Program-made: the position numbers and the translations under genes | Shown: positions 18,194-27,684 of the stretch, one piece after another | How positions within the stretch are numbered: the first letter of the stretch is position 1 | Layout of the letters: each line of letters begins with the position of its first letter | DNA from: a virus | Virus record (IMG/VR): IMGVR_UViG_3300032116_000057 | Span: 40,455 to 104,454 of that record | Length of the DNA: 64,000 nucleotides | Strand: one strand, 5' to 3' | The notes under the pieces: generated by a model | Seen by the model: the letters and a program-made list of their open reading frames with translations, nothing else | Told to the model about the DNA's origin: nothing | The model's database searches: none

Positions 18194-19238
18194 CGAGCAT
18201 CAAGATTGGCTTGGTCTTAAGAGTATCCATAACAGCCCGGCTAATCTCCTGCTGTAGGTCAACTTCTTCTCGCAGAGAGTCTAGGAGGGCTTGGGTACCC
18301 TGCCACTTACGCTCTCCGTAATACATCCAACCTCCACGGCGGTCTACGATCCCATTTAGAATCGATAAAGCAACAATCTCTTTAGCAGAATCATAATGAC
18401 CTGCATCGATTGCCCCACCGTCCGAAAAATAAAAGTCTAGGTACGCCGTTTGTTGCGGTGGAAAGGTTTTGTTTTTGATGGTCCGAACGCGAATAGTTTG
18501 TCCAACACGTCGCTTATCTTGTCCAGTACCGACTTCGAGCCACTCGTCTCGTTTGACTTCACAACGAATCGAGTATGCGTAGTCTTTGCCGAGTCCTCCC
18601 GGCGTTGTACGCGGGTCACCGTGCATCACTCCGATCTTCATTCTATATTGGTTGATCATAATTCCTAAGATTGGGCGTTCGTCTTCGACGAGATCGCGCT
18701 TTGTAGCAGCTGCAACCTTACGGAAGAACTTATTTGTAAGCATAGCTCCGCGTCCGACCGTAAACTCCTCCATAGTTTTCTCATCCTCAGCCGAGGGTAC
18801 AAGAGCAGGTAAAGAGTCGATGACAACCATGTCAACAGACTTAGACTCACAAAACTGAATAACAGCGTCAAATGCATCCTCCATACTATTTGTTTCTACA
18901 ATCAGTACCCTAGAGGTATCGACTCCGCACATCTGTGCGTATTCTGCGTCAAAGTTTTCAGCAGCTACCCATACAGCAGTAAAGTCTGCATTTGCTTTTT
19001 GATTAGCTGCAATAGTTTTCAGCGCAATAGCTGTCTTGCCGTGAGATGCCTCACCAACTACTTCAACCCAATGATTCATAGGCCAGCCCCCACCTAGAAC
19101 TACGTCAAGTGTAAGAGAACCGGTAGTAATTCTTTTAGGTAATCTCATTTCTGAGGCAGTAACTACGGTGTTGTTTCCTAGTTTTTTGTTAATAGATGCC
19201 GCAATTTTTAGTGCATCTGAATTAATTGTCATGGTCAT
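18183..19238 (-). CDS. recA: RecA-like recombinase
   Basis: TTGSLTLDVVLGGG, Walker A GEASHGKT, VIDSL, INQYRMKIGVMHGDP.TTPGG, KNK. Confidence 0.95.
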   Translation of the reverse strand: MTMTINSDALKIAASINKKLGNNTVVTASEMRLPKRITTGSLTLDVVLGGGWPMNHWVEVVGEASHGKTAIALKTIAANQKANADFTAVWVAAENFDAEYAQMCGVDTSRVLIVETNSMEDAFDAVIQFCESKSVDMVVIDSLPALVPSAEDEKTMEEFTVGRGAMLTNKFFRKVAAATKRDLVEDERPILGIMINQYRMKIGVMHGDPRTTPGGLGKDYAYSIRCEVKRDEWLEVGTGQDKRRVGQTIRVRTIKNKTFPPQQTAYLDFYFSDGGAIDAGHYDSAKEIVALSILNGIVDRRGGWMYYGERKWQGTQALLDSLREEVDLQQEISRAVMDTLKTKPILMLDGE

Positions 19239-19636
19239 TACCCGATCCTATCTACGATTACAGTGGGGTTGAATCCGCTTCCTTGTGCTGGTTGTTTTGC
19301 TGGAGTTACTGGACCTTCGGACCCGGTACCACCAACACCGCTACCAGCTTGAACTAATGGGTAGCCGCAATCATAGCAGCGTTTACGTTGAGTGCCTTGA
19401 GGCGCCATGTAATTTCCTGATGTACAGTTTGGACAACGTTCAGTATCTCTTGCGCTAGCAGCTCTAGTAACTAGCTGATCTTGGTTTGGATCGTAAGAAA
19501 CTTGAACGTTAGGTTGCTGGGTAGTGGGGCGGTATACATTGCCCGGCAATGGACTTGTTGGAGGTGTAGTAGGTACGGCGTTTGGATTACCTAATTTTTT
19601 GTTCCACCAATTTGCATTACTCATAGTCTTCCTCAT
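19238..19636 (-). CDS. Zn-ribbon hypothetical protein
   Basis: CPNC...CYDC. Confidence 0.7.
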   Translation of the reverse strand: MRKTMSNANWWNKKLGNPNAVPTTPPTSPLPGNVYRPTTQQPNVQVSYDPNQDQLVTRAASARDTERCPNCTSGNYMAPQGTQRKRCYDCGYPLVQAGSGVGGTGSEGPVTPAKQPAQGSGFNPTVIVDRIG

Positions 19637-20066
19637 CTACTAATAGCTTTGAGTCAATTAATCCTAATGAAAATAGAGTTGATACGCAAGAGACCGCAGC
19701 CGATAGAGATACCAGTCTAAATAATTCGTGAAGTTGGGCTGCATCCTTTTCGCTCAAAGCGTCAGGATCTCCTGAGGAATCATCCAACATATACGCTGCA
19801 GTAGTTATCTTTGCACATAAATCTGCATGAGAATCAATTAGGGGCAGTAGTGCTCCCATCCTAGAAAGTCTAGCTTGACTATCTTGTTCTTCCATTTCTG
19901 AGACTTCGTCGGAGATGGGAGGTAGGCCCATTGCATCAGCTATACCTTCAGGAGGAGTAAGCATAGTGTCGTAAATAACTTGTCGCATAAGCACTGGAAG
20001 AGGAACCTGCGTTACTGTAATCCTTTTCTTCTTACGTCTAAATAGCCTCACTTTGCCTCTCCCCAT
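19617..20066 (-). CDS. hypothetical protein
   Basis: Coupled to polA; probable start GTG near 20051. Confidence 0.65.
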   Translation of the reverse strand: MGRGKVRLFRRKKKRITVTQVPLPVLMRQVIYDTMLTPPEGIADAMGLPPISDEVSEMEEQDSQARLSRMGALLPLIDSHADLCAKITTAAYMLDDSSGDPDALSEKDAAQLHELFRLVSLSAAVSCVSTLFSLGLIDSKLLVDEEDYE

Positions 20067-22024
20067 CTATTTACTACCTTTACATCTGCTAACAAAGGTA
20101 TGTTCAATGCTTTGATGCCTTCCATAGCTTGACGAATTGCTTCAGCTGTTTGCTCAGCAACATCTGCTGGCGTTACTGTAACTAACTCATCGTGTACCGT
20201 AAGAATAAGGCCTGCCCCTTCCGGGATCATTTTGTTAGCCCTAATCATAGCAAGTTTAATTAGGTCAGCTGCCGACCCCTGTATAACCGTGTTAAAAGCT
20301 TGACGTTCAGCACGAGAACGCTTCCAAATTTCTGAGGATCTAAGATCAGGCAAATACCTGCGCCTCTTTAAAAGAGTGCTGGCGTAAGGTATGGGAGACT
20401 GACGCTTGCTTTCAGCTATAACTAGTCGTTTATACCTAGAAACAGAGGGAAACTTTCTGGAAAACTCATCAAGTAATTCTTTTGCTTCCGATAAAGAACA
20501 CCCAATCGATGTAGAGATTTTATCTGGGCCAACACCGTAAGCTAGGGATAAGACAAGAACCTTTCCAGCTTTTCTATCTACACCCATAGTATCTCCGATA
20601 GTGGTATAGATATCCTCCCCGTTAAGATATGCCTCGCACATAATACGGTCCCCACTAAAGGATGCAATAACTCTAGGCTCAATCTGACTATAGTCAGCAA
20701 CAACTAGCTGATGACCTTCTGGCGCTACAAACAGATTTCTAATAGCTTTTCCATTGGCGGTGTGTGGTGCTGGCACATTTTGTAGGTTTGGATTTCTACT
20801 AGAAAATCGACCTGTCTCTGCCCCATACTGAACAAAGTCTGTATGAATTCGGCCTTTATTAAGCAAAGCCTTCTTAGCAACAATCTTTGATTTGCCGCCT
20901 AAAGTTCTAGTTATATCCCCACCAAGGTAGGGAATCACATAGGTAGTCAACAACTTATTTAAATCAGAGTACTGAATAAGGCTATCTACTAACTCATCCT
21001 TACCAGCAAAAGCCTGTAGAGCCGGCTCAGCAACTGAGTAGTCGGCAACTGTTGGTGTAAGACCCTGATCGATTCTCTTCTGTCCTGCCGGAGTTAATAC
21101 CTTTGGCTTTAGTCCTCGTCCCCCAACTGTTTTGGGAGAATACAAAAGCTTTTGTTTTTCTGGAACACTGTTGATATTAAAAGCTTTGCCGGCATTTTTA
21201 TATATATCTGCCTTAGTTTGTTCTAGCTGCTCTTCTAAGTTAATCTTAAGAGAAGAAAGCTCACTAACATCGATGTCTGCTCCCCGCAGCTCCATGTTGC
21301 AAATAACCTCTAGTACGTCCATCTCTAAAGCAAAAATACCTTGTAATCCATCAATTTTTAAACGATCTGAGTAGTTTAAGTAAAGCTTCCAGGTCCACTC
21401 GGCATCCAAGGCTGAGTATTTAGCAACCTCATCAAAGCTGTGAGACTCTACGTGAGCTCCGACTCCCTTAACCATATTGTATTTAAACTCACGCTCAAGG
21501 CAATCGTCAAGACCTAAACTGTTGCGAACTTGGTTATCTAATATAAACGCTGCATTAAGGGTACAAGCGTAAGGCTGTGCAGGTAACTGCCCCAAATACT
21601 TTGTAATGCTTTGTAGATCAAACTTTAAGTTATGACCGACTTTAATCTTGTCACTTAAAAATAATGGTTTCAATGCTGAAAAGACTTCAGCTGGAGTTAA
21701 TTGCTTGGGTGGCTCACTAAAGATGCGCTTAGCCTTACGTTCATCTTTACTGTAATCGATAGGACGAAGCTCTAGTCCTTTAAGCACTCGTGCGTGTGCG
21801 GAAGGCAGTAGTGGATATTCAACACGCAAAAAATCTCCGTTGGGATGTCCCATAGGTATGACATCTACTCTGTCATGTGTTGCTAAAGATATCCATACAA
21901 CAACGTTTTGTCGTGGATCTCCTCTGTGATCGCCCATGCTCTCGACGTCAAATGCAAAAGCATCTACTTGTTCATAGGCTGAAACTAATTCTTGTAACTG
22001 TTTAGTGGTCGTAATAATATTCAT
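20048..22024 (-). CDS. polA: family A DNA polymerase with 3'-5' exonuclease
   Basis: ExoI DVE, ExoII HNLKFD, ExoIII YSALD; TGRFSS.NPNLQN; DYSQIE; KVLVLSLAYG; VHDE. Confidence 0.95.
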   Translation of the reverse strand: MNIITTTKQLQELVSAYEQVDAFAFDVESMGDHRGDPRQNVVVWISLATHDRVDVIPMGHPNGDFLRVEYPLLPSAHARVLKGLELRPIDYSKDERKAKRIFSEPPKQLTPAEVFSALKPLFLSDKIKVGHNLKFDLQSITKYLGQLPAQPYACTLNAAFILDNQVRNSLGLDDCLEREFKYNMVKGVGAHVESHSFDEVAKYSALDAEWTWKLYLNYSDRLKIDGLQGIFALEMDVLEVICNMELRGADIDVSELSSLKINLEEQLEQTKADIYKNAGKAFNINSVPEKQKLLYSPKTVGGRGLKPKVLTPAGQKRIDQGLTPTVADYSVAEPALQAFAGKDELVDSLIQYSDLNKLLTTYVIPYLGGDITRTLGGKSKIVAKKALLNKGRIHTDFVQYGAETGRFSSRNPNLQNVPAPHTANGKAIRNLFVAPEGHQLVVADYSQIEPRVIASFSGDRIMCEAYLNGEDIYTTIGDTMGVDRKAGKVLVLSLAYGVGPDKISTSIGCSLSEAKELLDEFSRKFPSVSRYKRLVIAESKRQSPIPYASTLLKRRRYLPDLRSSEIWKRSRAERQAFNTVIQGSAADLIKLAMIRANKMIPEGAGLILTVHDELVTVTPADVAEQTAEAIRQAMEGIKALNIPLLADVKVVNRWGEAK

Positions 22025-22040
22025 GGGTCTCCTGTTTAAG

Positions 22041-22092
22041 TGTTAGGAGCCGGGGAAGAGAAAGGAGGTTAAACAAAACCCGGCTCCTAACA
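22041..22092 (-). promoter_or_regulatory. 14-bp perfect stem-loop between ssb and polA with an anti-SD sequence in the loop
   Basis: TGTTAGGAGCCGGG / CCCGGCTCCTAACA inverted repeat; minus-strand loop contains ACCTCCTTTCT. Confidence 0.6.
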
Positions 22093-22103
22093 ACGATGAT
22101 TGG

Positions 22104-22814
22104 TTATGCCTGTCCAGCTAGTTCTCGAGCTACCTCTTCCAACTCGGACTTACTCGGGATGTAGAGGGCATCCGGGCCAAGTGGCTTGAGGGGTTTAATT
22201 AGCTCTGCAGCTGCGACAGGGTCGATGTCCCAGTCATCAGCAAGATCGCGCTCTTTAACAGGAGTAATAGAGTACGCGGTCTTGGTTCCAGTACCAGACT
22301 TGCTCACTGCCCAGTAAAGATCTGAGCGGTCAAGTGGTCCAGTCTTTTTATCCATGTGCAACTTCTCAAGTTGTCCACATAGACGAACGCCAACAATCAT
22401 CAACTGAAGTTGTGGTTCTTCTTCAGATAGATTTAGAACAGTAAAAGCAAACTTCTGTGAAGGTACGCTTCCTACTGCGATTAATGGATCTCCTTCTCCA
22501 ATACTAATGAATGATTTTTTTCCTTGACGATTTACCCAATGCTGCATAAAAGTCATTGGCTCTCCAGAAATAAATTTGATTAGCTTAACGTCTTCTTCAA
22601 ATCTAAAATCAGTAGCGTACTTCTGATTAGATTTAGCTACTGCTTTCTTTGCAGCAGCCCAACCACTTTGGATTGAAGAAGAGCGATTAGTTGTATCGTT
22701 TTCATCTTCTTGGGTAAAAATTTCCTCCAGCTCAGATGCTGAAGGTGTGTGAGGTTGTGCGTCAACATAACTGTCTAAGTTAGGTGTTTCTGTCTTTTCA
22801 ATTCGAATACCCAT
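22104..22814 (-). CDS. putative single-stranded DNA-binding protein (gp32-like)
   Basis: IKF..P..FMQHWV, SKSGTGTKTAYSI; sits next to polA. Confidence 0.65.
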   Translation of the reverse strand: MGIRIEKTETPNLDSYVDAQPHTPSASELEEIFTQEDENDTTNRSSSIQSGWAAAKKAVAKSNQKYATDFRFEEDVKLIKFISGEPMTFMQHWVNRQGKKSFISIGEGDPLIAVGSVPSQKFAFTVLNLSEEEPQLQLMIVGVRLCGQLEKLHMDKKTGPLDRSDLYWAVSKSGTGTKTAYSITPVKERDLADDWDIDPVAAAELIKPLKPLGPDALYIPSKSELEEVARELAGQA

Positions 22815-22865
22815 TCTGGGGTACTCCTTTCATAGGATCATAGGATCATTGGTCATAGGTCAAAT

Positions 22866-23336
22866 TCAAGAAACGGCTGTTTCTTGAGAGTGAATCTTAC
22901 TCCATTTTTCCATCAACTCAATTGATAGATCTGGATATCGATTCCAATCAACCCGAGGGGCTCCTAAGAGCTCTCTAGATTGAAAGCTTTCAATGGTGGT
23001 TTCAATAATTGCTCTGCTGTACATCCGCCATCCTGGCTTCTTTACACCATCTACAATCACTGACTTAAGTCTATAGGGTGCACGAGGTATGTACCCCTTA
23101 CGTTCCCACAACCTAAGCGTAACCAGCGGTCTGTTTAGCGCCAGGGACAGAGCCCCGGCACTGAACAATTCTATACTCTTTCCGTTAGGAAGAGTCTTCA
23201 GTTGGGGCTCTGAATCCCAGGCAGTAGACAGCTGTTTTACAGGTTTAGCGTTAGGGTTTGGTTCCCGACGCTTACGTTTTGATCCCGGATAGTAATCGTC
23301 CAGGTCACTAAACAGTTTGTCTACTTCGTCGCTCAT
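22866..23336 (-). CDS. MerR-like HTH DNA-binding protein
   Basis: FSAGALSLALNRPLVTLRLWERKGYIP..RMYS. Confidence 0.75.
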   Translation of the reverse strand: MSDEVDKLFSDLDDYYPGSKRKRREPNPNAKPVKQLSTAWDSEPQLKTLPNGKSIELFSAGALSLALNRPLVTLRLWERKGYIPRAPYRLKSVIVDGVKKPGWRMYSRAIIETTIESFQSRELLGAPRVDWNRYPDLSIELMEKWSKIHSQETAVS

Positions 23337-23770
23337 GATTTACTTGTAATAAACGCCCACGTAATTTTCTTTGGAAACATAGCGTCCACATCTTCCTCTG
23401 TGAGTTTTCCCTCATAGAGTGCAGCCATAACCTCATCCTCAGCAACTGTTGGGATAGGCTTGATACAGCGATCTGCTAATCCTTTTTGAGTAAGAATTAG
23501 AATTGCTGCATCCATATCAAGACTTTGTGAAACTCTGCGTTCCCGCTTAAGAGATACAACGCCATCTACTTCTTCTGGAAGAGGAAGCCAAACGTGTCCC
23601 TTATCGTCTGTCTCACCTTGTTTGTCTACAAGATCTGAAAGCTCCGTTTTAAGTACGCTCTGCTCTTTAGTCAGATCATCAATCCGACGCTTTAGATTTA
23701 CGTATTGTTTTACCGTTCCTAGTAAACCTTTGGGGGATACGTCACGTGATGGTTTTTCTACTGTTGCCAT
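23333..23770 (-). CDS. hypothetical protein (coiled coil; Gp157/Gam-like possible)
   Basis: N-terminal coiled coil; replication context. Confidence 0.5.
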   Translation of the reverse strand: MATVEKPSRDVSPKGLLGTVKQYVNLKRRIDDLTKEQSVLKTELSDLVDKQGETDDKGHVWLPLPEEVDGVVSLKRERRVSQSLDMDAAILILTQKGLADRCIKPIPTVAEDEVMAALYEGKLTEEDVDAMFPKKITWAFITSKS

Positions 23771-23787
23771 GTGCCCTCCTTGTTTGG

Positions 23788-24279
23788 CTATTTAATTTGG
23801 ATAGATTTTGCTTTCTTATCCTCTGGCAATTCCTGTTCCAATGTAATACGAAGCATACCATCTTTAAGCTCAGCGCTTTTAATTTTGACATACTCTTGTA
23901 ATACAAAGTCCTGTTCAAAATCTCTGGCTGCGATTCCGCGGTAAACCGCAGCTTCTGGCTCAGAGGTTTTTTCTCCAGACACCGTAAGAATATTCTCTTT
24001 TACGGTAAGTTGCAAATCTTCTTTTGTGAAGCCTGCCACAGCTAACTCTAGAGTGTAGGTTTCCCCCTGTTTATAAAGGTTATAGGGAGGATAGGTAGTG
24101 GTTTTTACCTCTTTACTGATCTCCTTTAAAGTTTCAAACAGGGGATCAAAGCCAATTGCCCAACGATTAATGTTGGGGAAAAGGGTTGAGAGGGTTGGTG
24201 GCATAGATGCCGGTAGTTTTGATCTTGGCGTTTCCCAATCTTTTGGGCGCCAGTCTTTTCCATTTGGGGTTGGGTACAT
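23788..24279 (-). CDS. small heat-shock protein Hsp20 (IbpA-like)
   Basis: IGFD, YPPYNL, LELAVAGF, YRGIAARDF, AELKDGML. Confidence 0.95.
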   Translation of the reverse strand: MYPTPNGKDWRPKDWETPRSKLPASMPPTLSTLFPNINRWAIGFDPLFETLKEISKEVKTTTYPPYNLYKQGETYTLELAVAGFTKEDLQLTVKENILTVSGEKTSEPEAAVYRGIAARDFEQDFVLQEYVKIKSAELKDGMLRITLEQELPEDKKAKSIQIK

Positions 24280-24346
24280 AGTTCTCTCCTTAGACGAGAC
24301 TAGTTAAAGACCCCCGTTCGGCGGGTCTAGGTGTGTAACAATTATA
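24280..24346 (-). promoter_or_regulatory. hsp20 promoter (TATAAT) and two-hairpin 5' leader
   Basis: Minus-strand TATAAT at 24341-24346; hairpin AGACCC..GGGTCT; second hairpin pairs over AGGAG. Confidence 0.55.
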
Positions 24347-24355
24347 GCGTAAAGA

Positions 24356-24499
24356 TTATTCCGCTATGTATTTTTTGAGGGCTTCGATAATAACCTGAGT
24401 TACGGTCGTTCCCTCAATAGCTGCTTTTTCTTTTACAGCAGCCCAAAGCTCATTAGAGACACGTATAGTACGCGTCGGAGTCTTAGGCGAATTAGGCAT
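24356..24499 (-). CDS. 47-aa ribbon-helix-helix DNA-binding protein; not in ORF track
   Basis: MPNSPKTPTRTIRVSNELWAAVKEKAAIEGTTVTQVIIEALKKYIAE. Confidence 0.8.
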   Translation of the reverse strand: MPNSPKTPTRTIRVSNELWAAVKEKAAIEGTTVTQVIIEALKKYIAE

Positions 24500-24508
24500 A
24501 GTAATATG

Positions 24509-26071
24509 TTACAGGGAAACATTTTGTAAGAACCCCCTAAGTGAACCCACAGTCAACTTAATTCCGCCCTGTGAATCTATACCCTCTCCATCTACAACAG
24601 CGCCAGCTACTGCTAATTTTTGATCTAGCATTGCATGCTGTCGTTCTTCTACCGACCCCTCCATTAGTAAATCCTGTATGACTATAGATCCCCATTCGCT
24701 GGATGCTCTTCGGATTCGTCCATTACGTTGAAGTGCGAGTCCGGCATTCCACGGAAGATCGTAGTTAATAAGAAGATTAGCTTGAGGTAGATCCACACCA
24801 TAACCCCCAGCATCAGAGCTGACAAGGATCCTAACTTCAGGATCTGTTTGAAACTTAACTTTTGCTTCTTCTTTTTGTTTAGCATTCATTTCTCCTGTAT
24901 ACGGTGCACTAGCCCAATCCATTATAAACTCATCGCGTATTAAATTTACCATGTGCACATAGCTGGTAAAAATAACAACTTTGTTGCCTTCGTACTCTGA
25001 TAAAAAGTTATTAACGTATTCTTTTAAAGCAGATAATTTTGGCGACTTAGTCACTGAATCTAGACGACCGCTGTTCTTTAGCTCTTCAGCATACGCAGAG
25101 GATTTGGCAGACTTTCTAAGTAGATCTGGGTGGTCGCAAAGCATTCTAAGTGCAGTAAGTTTAGACATAATTTTACCACGCATAGCGTCGGCACCATCAA
25201 AGTTTTCTCCCTGACCATAGTGTGCAAAAATATCAAATGATGCACCGTAGGAGTCTAAAGCCTCTTCTAAATCATTTAATAGTTCATAAACTATAGACTG
25301 ATATAGCTTCTTACCGGCTGAATCAAAAGCTACAAGGATAGGTTCGGCATTAATAGTTTCTGGCAAGAAGGGGGCTACATCAGGATCGCTTTGACGTTTA
25401 CGTACGCAAGCTTCCATAAGAGTTTTGTTAAGTACGGGAAGATTTCTGTATCTCTCTACGCCACCAAACCTATTTCTAACAATAAATGTTTGGTCAAATA
25501 AATCAAAACGACCTAGAACACTTTTGTCTACAAACTGCATTATGCTATACAGCTCTTCAGGCTTTCCATTTTCTACTGGGGTACCTGTAAGGGCAAACTT
25601 ATAATCGCTACTTAATTTCTTTATGTATTTAGATCGTTTTGATCTAAAGCTTTTAATTGCGGTTGCTTCGTCACAGACAATGAATCCTGTAGGGAGTTGT
25701 CGTACATACTCCCAGTCGTTAACAACTTGCTCGTAGTTAAGAATGACGTAATCCACCAACGAATGACCCCAGTCGATGGCTTCCGCATACTGCTCTGCTC
25801 TTTGCTTTGGCGTTCCATCAATGACCAAAGGGTTTGAAGATCCATCGGTAAACTTCCTTATCTGTTCTGCCCATTGATATTTAAGGCTGGAAAGACAGAT
25901 TATAATTCCTGGCTCACGTACGGAACCGCTATCCATTAGCTGTTCTAGCGCAGCAATTGTAAGGACTGTCTTTCCCAGCCCTAAGTCATAAGCAACCAGC
26001 ATCTTTCCCCGCCGAGTCATAGCTTCAACGGCTTCTGGTTGAAACGGGAGTAACGTGCCTGTAAATGTCAT
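24509..26071 (-). CDS. SNF2-family helicase
   Basis: DLGLGKT, DEAT, LTGTP.EN, GYGVDL, QRNGRIRR. Confidence 0.9.
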   Translation of the reverse strand: MTFTGTLLPFQPEAVEAMTRRGKMLVAYDLGLGKTVLTIAALEQLMDSGSVREPGIIICLSSLKYQWAEQIRKFTDGSSNPLVIDGTPKQRAEQYAEAIDWGHSLVDYVILNYEQVVNDWEYVRQLPTGFIVCDEATAIKSFRSKRSKYIKKLSSDYKFALTGTPVENGKPEELYSIMQFVDKSVLGRFDLFDQTFIVRNRFGGVERYRNLPVLNKTLMEACVRKRQSDPDVAPFLPETINAEPILVAFDSAGKKLYQSIVYELLNDLEEALDSYGASFDIFAHYGQGENFDGADAMRGKIMSKLTALRMLCDHPDLLRKSAKSSAYAEELKNSGRLDSVTKSPKLSALKEYVNNFLSEYEGNKVVIFTSYVHMVNLIRDEFIMDWASAPYTGEMNAKQKEEAKVKFQTDPEVRILVSSDAGGYGVDLPQANLLINYDLPWNAGLALQRNGRIRRASSEWGSIVIQDLLMEGSVEERQHAMLDQKLAVAGAVVDGEGIDSQGGIKLTVGSLRGFLQNVSL

Positions 26072-27066
26072 GCGTATATGGCCTCTACCCCGAATACGAA
26101 ATGTTTGGCATTATTAATGCCATTTTGAACTTCTTCTAAAGCCATATCCCCTATATCTTTCTTGCCGCTATCACCGTAAGCAAAAAAGGAACACTCCATT
26201 CCTAATGACCGTATTCTAGTAAACATATCGAGGGATGCTTTCTCACCAGCCGGATCTACTTTGGGATTATCAAATGCAAGGATTAACTTGTCCGCCTGTC
26301 GCATAAGATCGATCTGTTCTGAGCTTACAGAAGCTCCAAAAGTTGAAACACCAGATCCAATTCTCAATGAAGAGAGATATACGGCGTCTAAAGGAGACTC
26401 AACTACAATCATAGTTCCGCCCATCCAAACGTCAAGACCAAATAAAGTCTTTGATTTTTGTACGCCGGCAGGACGGTTTCTAAATAGCCTGGAGTTCTGA
26501 CCCTTTTCTTGCCAACCCATAAGCTTGTTAGTTTTAGGGTCACGTATGGGGGTAATCCAGGACTCCTGTTTATCATTCCACAAAACACCAAAGTTATAGC
26601 AGGCAGTGGCTGTTAGTTTGCGGGCAGCCAAAGCCCATTCAGGAGCGCTATTAAATACCGCTAAACGAGCTTCGCTCATCTCTACAGGTCTAGGAAGAGA
26701 TACGTATGACTCACGCATCTGCTCTACATGCTTAATAAGTAAATCTAGATCTACTTGGATAGATGCTCTTAGCCAGTCTTTAGCAGCATCAAAATCTAAG
26801 CGTCCCCACTCAGTTTTAAGATCAAGTATTTCCGCCACCAAAGTTAGTAATGTTCCTTTGTATCCACAGGAAAAGCAGTGGTGGACACCGGTCTCAACAT
26901 TAATAGACCAGGATGGATTGAAGTCTTCTCTGCCGGTACGTTCCAAGTGCATAGGGCACCAGCCAGTAAGTTCATCACGATGCTGAGCTTTGTGGTCTAA
27001 CCCTAAACGAAGTAGGGCTTGTTCTACATCCCCTTCTCTATACATTACGGCCTTCCCACTCTTCAA
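26068..27066 (-). CDS. DNA primase (CHC2 Zn finger + TOPRIM)
   Basis: CPMH...HCFSC; VVESPLDA; FDN; KKDIGD. Confidence 0.9.
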   Translation of the reverse strand: MKSGKAVMYREGDVEQALLRLGLDHKAQHRDELTGWCPMHLERTGREDFNPSWSINVETGVHHCFSCGYKGTLLTLVAEILDLKTEWGRLDFDAAKDWLRASIQVDLDLLIKHVEQMRESYVSLPRPVEMSEARLAVFNSAPEWALAARKLTATACYNFGVLWNDKQESWITPIRDPKTNKLMGWQEKGQNSRLFRNRPAGVQKSKTLFGLDVWMGGTMIVVESPLDAVYLSSLRIGSGVSTFGASVSSEQIDLMRQADKLILAFDNPKVDPAGEKASLDMFTRIRSLGMECSFFAYGDSGKKDIGDMALEEVQNGINNAKHFVFGVEAIYA

Positions 27067-27274
27067 CGCTCCACTCTTTATGGCAATGCATGCAGTAATA
27101 ATGATCTACTGGAGACAAGTAATCGTCTGTAAGTAGAACTCCTGCTACTAACCCGTGATTACCACGCTTACACTTAACCGTGTAGATATAGTTTCTAATT
27201 CTCCACAGACCTGTGTTGAACTCTACAAAGCTTATTGCTCGCTTAAACAGATATTTAAATCTCCACACGATCAA
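27038..27274 (-). CDS. small Zn-binding hypothetical protein
   Basis: C...H...CMHC. Confidence 0.55.
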   Translation of the reverse strand: MIVWRFKYLFKRAISFVEFNTGLWRIRNYIYTVKCKRGNHGLVAGVLLTDDYLSPVDHYYCMHCHKEWSVEEWEGRNV

Positions 27275-27497
27275 TTGGCGTAGGCGCTGTAGCTAATGCT
27301 CCGCACTCCGCACACTCCATTTCTAAGAAGTAGAACGATATCTCATAGTCATCGAACATGACTTTTAGGTTCCATAAAGTTGATCCGCAAATACATACGT
27401 GTATAGGGTTGTCTTTATCTCTTAAATCAAGTGGTGACACGTACCCTCCTTCGACGTAGGTATTTGCGATCCTTAGATGTTGTGCCACCCCACACAC
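27255..27497 (-). CDS. Zn-ribbon hypothetical protein (probable start GTG near 27440)
   Basis: CICGS...CAECG. Confidence 0.65.
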   Translation of the reverse strand: MCGVAQHLRIANTYVEGGYVSPLDLRDKDNPIHVCICGSTLWNLKVMFDDYEISFYFLEMECAECGALATAPTPIDRVEI

Positions 27498-27684
27498 CTT
27501 CTAACTCTGGGTGGCGTACTGCGTATGCAAGGCAATCAAGGGTGAGCGGACAGTCTTTGCAGATGCTCTTAGCTTTATCTAAGTCTGCGTACATCCCCTC
27601 GTCATCTGGAAAAAATAGTTCAGGGTCTGCGTCTTTACAGCTTTGTTTGCCGTTAAATGGATGTGTTTCCAAATAGAGATCCAT
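27427..27684 (-). CDS. whiB: WhiB-family transcription factor
   Basis: CKDADPELFFP..AKSICKDCP...C..GVWGG; start refined to ATG 27684. Confidence 0.9.
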   Translation of the reverse strand: MDLYLETHPFNGKQSCKDADPELFFPDDEGMYADLDKAKSICKDCPLTLDCLAYAVRHPELEGVWGGTTSKDRKYLRRRRVRVTT

